The notes under the pieces: generated by a model | Told to the model about the DNA's origin: nothing | The model's input: only the letters and a program-made list of their open reading frames with translations | Database searches by the model: none | From: Octopus sinensis | Taxonomy: Eukaryota | NCBI RefSeq assembly: GCF_006345805.1 | Contig: NC_043003.1 | Span: 75,640,001-75,704,000 of the forward strand | Length of the DNA stretch: 64,000 nucleotides | Reading direction: 5' to 3' | In this document: positions 54,486 through 64,000 of the stretch, piece after piece | Position numbering within the stretch: position 1 is the stretch's first letter | Layout: the number at the start of each line of letters is the position of its first letter | Position numbers and translations under genes: made by a program

Positions 54486-56638
54486 ACGCACACAAACACG
54501 CACACACACACATGTATATGCATACTTTGAAATGAACACAAGCATTTAGATTTATGTTAGCATACATATTTGGATATATATTATCTTTAATATATGCTAT
54601 TATTTTCAAATTTCTCGATTGGCCTTTTGTAAGATTTATTTGTATATATTTACCAAACTTTTATAAATCCCGCAAAATTTTTTGACGAATTGTATACTCT
54701 CTAATCGGCCCATTGTTTAATGCTTGTATTCCTTTACACAATTTATTCATTTTAAAACTAATACAGAAACCTTTTATCTACCTCACTCTCTACCTCATCT
54801 CTCAGTTTTTATTAATACATTTACTTGCTGTATATTATTATTGTTTGCACTGATGACGTTTAATACCATTTCTGGTGGAGATAATTACGAAGCCATTGCT
54901 GTTTCGCCATTTCCTCACACATACTCTACTTTCGGCAGTCTTTATTTAATCGAAAAATCATATAACATAGACTACACTACACAATTAGGATTTATGAGCA
55001 TGATACTATTTCCAGTAGATTTAACAGCTCAAGAGACTGCTGACGTTGTTTTACTGATCGTAGTGAATATTGCAGTACAATGGCAGATAAATGTGGCAGT
55101 TATTCAGTTTCAGGTTTAAGAAAGTTTTTTCCTCATATCCTAGTAACGGAATATTTAAATACATGAACATCACCACAGTCATTGAAATATAATCAATATT
55201 TCTGCTATTTCCATACATGGTGTTCTTTTTCTTTTGTCAAGTGTTGTATTCCTTGGTATTGCTTTTATGCTCTTATTGCAATTCGTCTGGACATTTCTGC
55301 CATTTAACTACAGCAGCCATAGTCGTCACTGTTGCTGAGTCTACTTTTATGACTGTTGATGCTATTGTTGCTTTTAGTGTTGGTAATGTTCATGTTGTTC
55401 TTATCACTCGTTATATTTTTTAAACTGTTGCTTCCTTAATTTTCTTTTATTGGTTAGCTTTTTTTTTTATCTCTTTCAAGATATTGGTATCGGTGTAAGG
55501 CCCCTTGTTTTTTATTATTATTTTTATTTTCTTCTCGCTATCTTATCGCATTTAGTATTGATTAAATTCCTCTTCTTAATGTCGCTAGCTGCATTCTTGT
55601 CCTTGTAATGTTATCGTTGCTTTGAAGATTTCCACACTTAATAGGATAAAATCCTGACATTAATCGAAGAGAAATAAAGTTTAATCCAATACAATATTAT
55701 GTTTAAGAGGCAAAAAAATAAATCAAATAATAAAAGAATATCTTTCTTAGGTACTTAAAATAACTATCCAAAGGTTGAAAGGATTAAAACGGCGAACCAT
55801 AAAATGGTGGAATTTTGTTGATGTAGGCTGCAATGTATGTGAAACAGAATGAAAGAATAAGAGTGCGACCAGAGAGTATGCGTATGCGAAGAACAGAAAG
55901 AAGGGGAAGATACTTTAATGTATGAGTGAGTAGCTGATATTTCCTTTAATTAACATGGTTATTTTTCCTACCGTAAATAAAAGTACACATTTTATAAGCT
56001 TCGGGGAAAAATTCTACGCAATGAGGTGATTTGCAAGAAACAGCAGCTATATTTCTGAGATATCATCCACTGTAATCTTTAAAAATGTGCAATACATATC
56101 CTAAATAAATATATAATGTATCTCAAATGAAATAAGACGAGACTGTCGTGACTGGAATACATTTAATTTTACATTTCCTACATCAGCGCTGATCTAAGGC
56201 TAAAACTCTAGTCTACTATTGGTTTACCGCTTACAATGAATCAAAGGGGAAACGGTACCGGGGGGATTAGCAGGCACAGTTTTGTTTCTAAATATTGCAG
56301 TACATATTACACAAAGATGTATTGTTTTTGCCCTCATTGAGTGTAATGGGAAAGTGCATTGTCTAAGAATGTGACCGTCTTAAAAATACATAATTGATTC
56401 GGCCTGCTGCATTCACAGTGGCACGTTACTGATATTTCATTTTGTCATTTAGTCAAGAGAGAAGGCAATGCATATAATCATGTGGAGGTCATTCGAGACT
56501 GGTAAGAGAGAGGGGATAAGTTGTAATAAAATCGGCAAATTGGTCCGAATACTTGCAACAGAATGGAATCCACTAAAGTAACCAAGGTTTCAGGTGGTAG
56601 TGCTAAAATGTGGGACATATTAAGTGTACCATCCATGC

Positions 56639-56960
56639 CAGTGGTTATCAATCGTGATCAACATGGCCCCTGGGGGCACATGTAATATTGGGGGGGGGTT
56701 CCACGTAACAAAAGAGTAAATTGGGAATCCACAATAGTACTTTTAAGTTCCCTTGAAAAAACATTGCTTTAGATGTATTGCAAGAATTGGTTTCTTTTTC
56801 TTACATTTGACTTAGTTCAAACCACACAAGATAATGTGTAAAAAAAAAAAGGAATTATGAAAGAATTTTCTATAAAACTAATTTTTTAAATATCGAATGG
56901 GTATGGGGTTCTACCAGAAGAATATAGTAATCAGAGGAGTAGATAGGTAAAAACATCTGA
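56639..56960. mobile_element. Possible old hAT-type MITE
   Basis: Begins cagtggttatcaatc (resembles hAT TIR cagtggttctcaac); right TIR not clear. Confidence 0.35.
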
Positions 56961-58574
56961 TCTAAGTAGATATGATAGAATTTGATTTCAGAAAGCAAAT
57001 AGCCGGAATAGATAAAGGAACACATCTTGTCTGACGTTATTAAAGTTCTACTAATTTATCAGATCAGCTTAAATCGGTACTTTATCAATGACCCCGAAAC
57101 AATGAAAAGCAAGTGTGTCCTGTGAAATATTTGAAGAAAGAGGATCTTGTGTCAGAAGAAGTACCTCAAAGTATTCTATCTGAGCTTCTTACAACACCGA
57201 AAATTGTTACCAGCATGATGCATGAGTGGTAAAATATCGCGGTAGGTAATTTCGTTTCAGAATATTAATGGTTTTATTGCCACAATGAACCAGCATACAT
57301 AACTAATTAATGAAGTGAGATACCAGTTTCGAAGCATAGATAATTAATTATTTACCGCACTGAACCTGAAACTTAAACCACCCCAACACACAGGTGCTGT
57401 GCCCTATCAGAATTTTGATACGTTAGGAAATATCATATGGAAAATTGGCAGATATTCTAGTGTAACTGGCGAGACCTTGAAAATCTAAACAAAAATCTGG
57501 ATAAATATGTCATGATGCATTGCATAATCTACAAAAATATTTCTAAAAGAATTCATATTATCTGTTAGTTTTAGAAAGAAAACAGAAATCTAGTGGCAAT
57601 TAGAAGCAACTACCAAGATGTAAGGAGAAATAATTACAATAGAGTTCATTTATATGCCCTACAGAAAGTAAAATTCAGCATCCGTTGGTAAAGAATAACG
57701 ATAGGCATGTTTCGATCTATTAGGCTTCAACTATCTTCAGACAATTCACACCCGCTTCATATCTGTAGTTACAAGCAAAAAAAAAAGATCAGTCATAAAT
57801 TAAGAAAATAAAACTAGTCTTAATTATATCACCACATTTAATTTTATACTGAAATGTACATTGAGAATATATTTTAATTGTTAAAAGGTATTATTCAAAT
57901 AATCATACACACACACAAATATACTCATAGTACTCCACACACGCACTTACAGACACAATCATACATATGTATGCAATTGAATATATACATATACAAACAT
58001 ATCCATGTGTGTATGCGCGTGCGCGTCTTTGAACAGGCATCCATGTCATGAATTCATTGATCTAAACCGAAATATTAGTTTTTCGTCCTGTAACTGCATT
58101 TAAATATACTGTCTCGTACTCTTGTTCCTGTCTATTGCGTGTGGGACATGCATTAATGTTTTCCCACCTTTCAATATTCATATACAGTGACTTCACATCT
58201 CTCTTAAAAAACAACTTTGAAGCAATGATGAAGTTATTCTGGTATTCACTTGTTACTGTACAATAGCGCTTTTGGAAATATCCTCATTCTGAAGTGCAAG
58301 ACGTTGTTTAGTTACTCCCCGACTTTGGAGTGGTGATGCCATCAGCACAATACGTATTGGTTTTATTGTTGAAGTGTTGTTGCACACGATTGACGGAATA
58401 TGAAAAGTACAAAGCTAACATTGTTTATTGTAATTTATGATATCAATTTTATAGTCATAGGCAACTTACCAAGTACTATTTGCTGGTACCCGAACGATCC
58501 AGTCAATGTTATCATACAATTCAATTATCCACCTGAAAAAGCTAAGAACCAAGCCAAATTGTGCAAGTACAGTC

Positions 58575-61500
58575 ACCAGGTAATGAAATTATCCATACCA
58601 TCCCCCTTATCCAGGTCCTTTCTGACCAGCGTCACCAATCCCTGGCTTACAGAACTGGGAATGAACCAATTATGTTGCCAGTTCGTGTACACACTAGCCA
58701 GCATGTACCCGAAGAAGTCTGGCATACACTTATATAGCTCGTAGAGCAGACCACCCAATCCCTACGACTTACCCACGCCACAGTCCACCATAGCCTCAAT
58801 TACCTCTCCAGGTGTGATCGGCCCTTCACAAGACTCCGCATCCTGGGCTGAGATGCACAGCATCCCGGCGAGGAGGTCCACAAGGTCCCTCCTACTATCT
58901 GATCCCCCCTCCCCCTAAAAGCTGGGTGAAATGCTCCTGAAAGTCCTTGCACATTTCCTCGGGTTAGTTTACCAATACACCTTGAGGATTCATCACAGAT
59001 CGAATAGTGGAATCATTTCCACGTTGAGCTTCCACCACTCGCGCCCATCCAGCGGCTTTGATTTCTTCGCAACCCATTACACGCACTAACGTGCTCTGAC
59101 AATGCACACCGTGTGTCGGGCTTCGAGATGCTGGTTTCGTTCCACTCTCTTCACTCTCACTTGGTCTGCATTGTCAGTCCTCACAACTTCCTCTAAGCTA
59201 TTAACGATCCTTTTCTTTCTTACGTTCCTTATTCACTAAACCTATGCTATATCTAATAGACTCAAATTTTATGGCTCGTTTTAGTGCGTACTACCATATG
59301 TTATTAATGATGGCACCTGTCAAAGTCCTCTGAATTATTTGCTTAATCCGCTTTCTGTACTCCTCAATCGCCAGCAGGGACTATTGAGTTTCCAGTAGCC
59401 AGATCGCTATCTATTGTGCTTATCTAAGTTCAGCTTACAGGTAACCACCTTGTGGTCACTATAGCTGACTGGATAAAACTGTGGATAATTAACTATATTT
59501 TTGTCTACTTTTCTAATCAGTAGCCTATCTATATATGATCGGGAAGACCCATCGCTATTTGACCACGTCCACAGGGGAGCGTCCGGATGTTATAGCCTAT
59601 ATGGGTCTACTAGCTGAAAATGGCTTGGCAGATCCCGGATGCCAGGGTTACATGTTATATTTGTTCCTGGGCCAACACAATCCACGCGCGCATCGCATAT
59701 TGTGCTAAAGTCTCCTAGTAGAACTAAAGTATGTGACGTGGCTAGAAAATTTCCCTAGATCACGGAAATATTCACTTTTTGGACCATCCTGATTGGGTGC
59801 GTAAATTGCAAGCAGCCTGATCGTCTTACAACAAATGAAAGTCAAATCCAGAACGAGCAACCTGCTTCCTGGATTAGAAAATGATCAACTTTTTCTCAGA
59901 AGCCCGGTTTCTTTTTAATAGGACCAACACCTCACCCCCACCTGTCACCCGACACGGAGAAACGTATTTCTCGTAGCCGTTCAGCAGGGGGAGCAGATCA
60001 CTTGGCCCTTTCAACTGGGTTTCTGCAACAACAATTACATACAAATCTCCGACCTGATGTCATTTAGGAAGCGACCTTGCTTCTACCGCGACATTAGGCC
60101 GTGTACTTTAAAACAACCAATGTGAAAAGTCATAAACGTCTTAGCTTACATTACTTTTCAGTATTTTCAGGTGGAGGGGGAGTCTCCACCTCTTTTTTTT
60201 TTTCTCGTGAGAGCGGAGCCGGTAGTCCATGAAAGATAGAGGTATGAAAATTCACCCTTATTTGACAGTTAGTCTTTCTATATTTGTTCGACATAGTATT
60301 ATGTGCTTTTTGCCTGACTTCCTAAAAATATCATAGTTCTTGTACTTGACAGAGATCTAATCATTGCGTATCGCTGTTTTTATGAGTTTAGCTCTCACAT
60401 TAGATCCGCATCGTCTGTGCTGACTGCCCCCAAGCCTCTTTAATCTCTCTCCCTTTTTGCTGTCTTTTTTTTTTTTTGGTTTCGATTCTGACGTCGTCAC
60501 TTTCGGTTGTGATGTCGGCTGGATTTTTCGTTTGTTAGTTGTCTCTTTCTCCTTCTACTCTTCCACTGCTTCTACTTTCTCCTCCACCTCTTCCTCTCCT
60601 GCTGTACATTCATTCCGAATGTGGCCCAACTCGCCATATTGAAAACATCGGGGTTTTCGGCCCTCCACAAAGACTATGATGGCGTCCTCCCCCATTTCAA
60701 TTTTTTCTGAAATATCTGCTAGGATTTTGGACTCCGCTTGTATTAAAATGTTGACAGTTTGTTCAGTCCAGTTTGCTTTCTCTGTGACTAAAGCCTGTAG
60801 GAGCGCAATCTTCTCCTCCTGGATCAGCCGCTACATGCCACATAGGATCAATCTCTGAAGGAATACTCCCGATACTTATCCTTGATGTCCTCATCCCCAT
60901 GTACATGGGGATGAATGCCACATCTGTTTTCAACGTTTCCACTGAGTGTTTTCTCACCTTCTCTTCATTTCTCATTCTCACCTGTACCGTTCCAAATTTA
61001 TTTCCTTTTGTGATGTAATCCATATCATTCCAAATGGCTTTCAAACATTTTTCCACTGTCATTTCGGATATCTTATGAATTTTACAACATTTTAAATTAT
61101 AGGTTTTGTAAATTATTACTTTTTTTTTTCTTTTCTGGGAGTAATCTCTCAGGGGGTTGCACTTTTGTCACATTTATATCTTTTTCTATTATTTCGTTGT
61201 ACTTCCTTATATCATTTTTATTTGTTGAGAGTTGCCGGGTCCTATCCCTGGTTGCTAATGCGAAACATTTCTTCTCTTCATTATTATTTTCGTTTTGTAC
61301 ACTCAGTACGTCAATTACTATTTTCGACACTCTATTTGGCTTTTCTTTTATGGTGCCAGACGGTAGATTTGGAAATTCTTCCCCTGTATCTGAAGGAGAT
61401 CCTTCAATTGCACTTGATACTGTCTTCAAGCATATTTCTATTTTACCGACCACAATAATTGTAATTATTACACCCCACACACACACACACCAGCAGGGGA
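58575..61500 (-). mobile_element. Tx1/L1-clade LINE: ORF1 plus APE half of ORF2, 3'-truncated and decayed
   Basis: ORF1 zinc knuckle GRKPRCFQYGELGHIRNEC (~60605-60665); ORF2 from ~60133 MTFHIGCF.VHGL, VAETQL, IYAPN, LLGDF, WTWSNSDGSSRSYIDRLL, YSDHKVV, YWKLNS, GKS*GLGGLLYELY. Confidence 0.85.
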
Positions 61501-61971
61501 ATGAATAACAAATGCTTTTAACAAGCAATGCACAGTTTATGGTGACAATGTAACAATGTTAATAACTGCTGCAAGGCATTATAACATATTTAAACAACGA
61601 ATTTAACCAATAAATCACTCTACCACACCAACTGCACGACAAAAATCAATGGGTGATCCATAAAGGCAGAAAATAAAAGTAGTTAAATTTTTCCTTAAAT
61701 TTCTGGCGTTCATCCAATGTATAATATATATTATGTGAACATCTGTATACTCAAAATTATTCAAATTTAATTTTCTTTTTTCTTACTTGTAAACATCCTA
61801 TAATTATGATGATACCACTATATCAAAAATAACAAAACTAAGACATTAATGTGACTCTTTACTTGGTGATCATATATAGTGATTAAAAGTTTTATAAAAC
61901 CTATGTCTACATGTGGCTAGTGCTTCTGATTTACGAATTAATAAAATTATTTAAAAATATGTATATATGTA

Positions 61972-62066
<95 letters not shown>

Positions 62067-62527
62067 GAACATTATTACTCATACGAGATAATAGTGGCAG
62101 CAAGCATAAAAGCGTATAGGCAAAATTAATAGATATATATATAAATATATATAAAAGCAGCGCACTAAGAAATATATTAATGTTTCTTTTCATGTGAAGA
62201 TATGCTAAAAACGCTTTTATATTAAACTGAAGGATTACATAATACTTTTTGCAGAGTACATATTTATTACGTTTCAACAAGAATAATATTCAGAGCGACT
62301 TCGAACATTCAGCCCACTAAGCGGACCTTAAATTATCTTGGTAGGTAGAACTCTATTGCATGATCATTAGATTATAGGCTGGATTGTAAAGGAAGGGTAT
62401 CATAAAAGGCTTTTTATTGATTTAATTTGAGATGTCTTATTTTAGAGAATTAAGCCATACATGTTGAACTTCGTAATTACGTGTGCCTAATTGTCTACCT
62501 ATCTATTTCTCTCTTTCTCTCTATCTT

Positions 62528-62639
<112 letters not shown>

Positions 62640-63458
62640 CAGTCACACGCACACAGACGCGCGCATGCACACAGATACAGGCACTCGCACTGACACGCAT
62701 ATATAAACTGCAACCTTCAACTTTGGGAACTCAAGAGAAATCTTGTAAATATTCTCTGAAGTTCTATGCAGTTTTGCTATTATCTATATAGAAGCAATGA
62801 TATTTCATAGCAAGTACACAGATAGCTTACAGCTTTTCATATTATGCATCGAATGAAAAGCGATGCATTTAGCGTCAAAGATCAGCTTTTATGATGATGT
62901 CTTTCTATGTAAATTGGTTGCAGAATGATCTCAGAAACTTAAGATCAACTTTGAACTTACACTGTCATTACCACTCGTTTTGCATGTGTTGTACATCTTA
63001 CGATGCAGCACAATCCAGCCTTGTGACATCATCCTAATTCTTCATATAAATGCATGTAAATTAATGTGGGCATATAATCAATGATGTATTTACATTCATC
63101 ATATATTCTTACATGCATAAATGCATACAAGAACGAACATTGAAATTTGATTCGCGCATAAAAGGATGTGCTTTCTCAAACAGAGAATAATTTACACGCA
63201 ATCCCAAGACACAAAAGATTTTATACACTTCATTGATGCGAGCGGAAATTCAATCGGAAAATTCACACACACATACAAACACACACACAATCACAAACAC
63301 ACGCACACATATACTCACACACACAAACGCACACATGAACAAAAAAAAAATATATATATATACCTATATATATTTATATGTATATATATGTATATGTATA
63401 TATATATATATGTGTGTGTGTATATGTATATGTATATATATATATGTATATGTGTATG

Positions 63459-63499
<41 letters not shown>

Positions 63500-64000
63500 C
63501 ATATATGTGTGTGTATATATGTGTGTGTGTGTATATATGTGTATATATTACATATATATATATACATATATACACATCTGCATTTAAATTAATGCATTAT
63601 ACAATAGCTTTTACACGTATTCAGTCTTAGACTGGCTACATGTATATGCTATTATTGATACACAAATATATCTATGTGTACATGCACATACTGAAACGTG
63701 GTAATAAATATAAGCGTCTACATGTCTAGCGATAAATATGTCTGTTTGCATTTATATGTACGTAACGTATATATTTATCTGCCTAGAAGAGAGTGAGAGA
63801 AAGTGAGAAAGAGAGAGCGGTGGGGAGAGAAAGACACAATTGGAAGTAAGGTTATGAGAATTAGTGAAGCAAATTTGTAGCTTACACTAAAAACATCATT
63901 TTAGAAATTTAGAAACGAAGTATTCTTCATCTCTCTCGTTAATTTTCGTGGAAATTTTATGTAGTAATAAACACAACTTACATACTTATTTAAATAAATC

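Overview
AT-rich, gene-poor eukaryotic DNA with many microsatellites ((TA)n, (CA)n, (AAT)n, (TATC)n) and one 100-N scaffold gap. The SINE families and repeat content point to an octopus/cephalopod genome (inference). No intact host gene is supported; most listed ORFs are microsatellite artefacts. Mobile elements include a near-intact CR1-type LINE ORF2 (APE+RT), Dong/R4, HERO, Tx1/L1, RTE and Penelope-like fragments, mariner/maT/pogo relics and three tRNA-derived SINE families. There is also an orphan 5.8S rRNA copy and several palindromic Penelope-type ends in (TA)n carrying hammerhead (HHR) motifs, one with an intact core (45805-45889). The most unusual signal is two sequence-dissimilar motifs, at 17493-17545 (minus strand, HERO 3' UTR) and 37069-37120. 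Both carry the HHR core motifs with pairing stems I and III, but their strands lie in reversed, pseudoknot-like order, making them candidate new hammerhead topologies. All structures were folded by eye and none has been tested.
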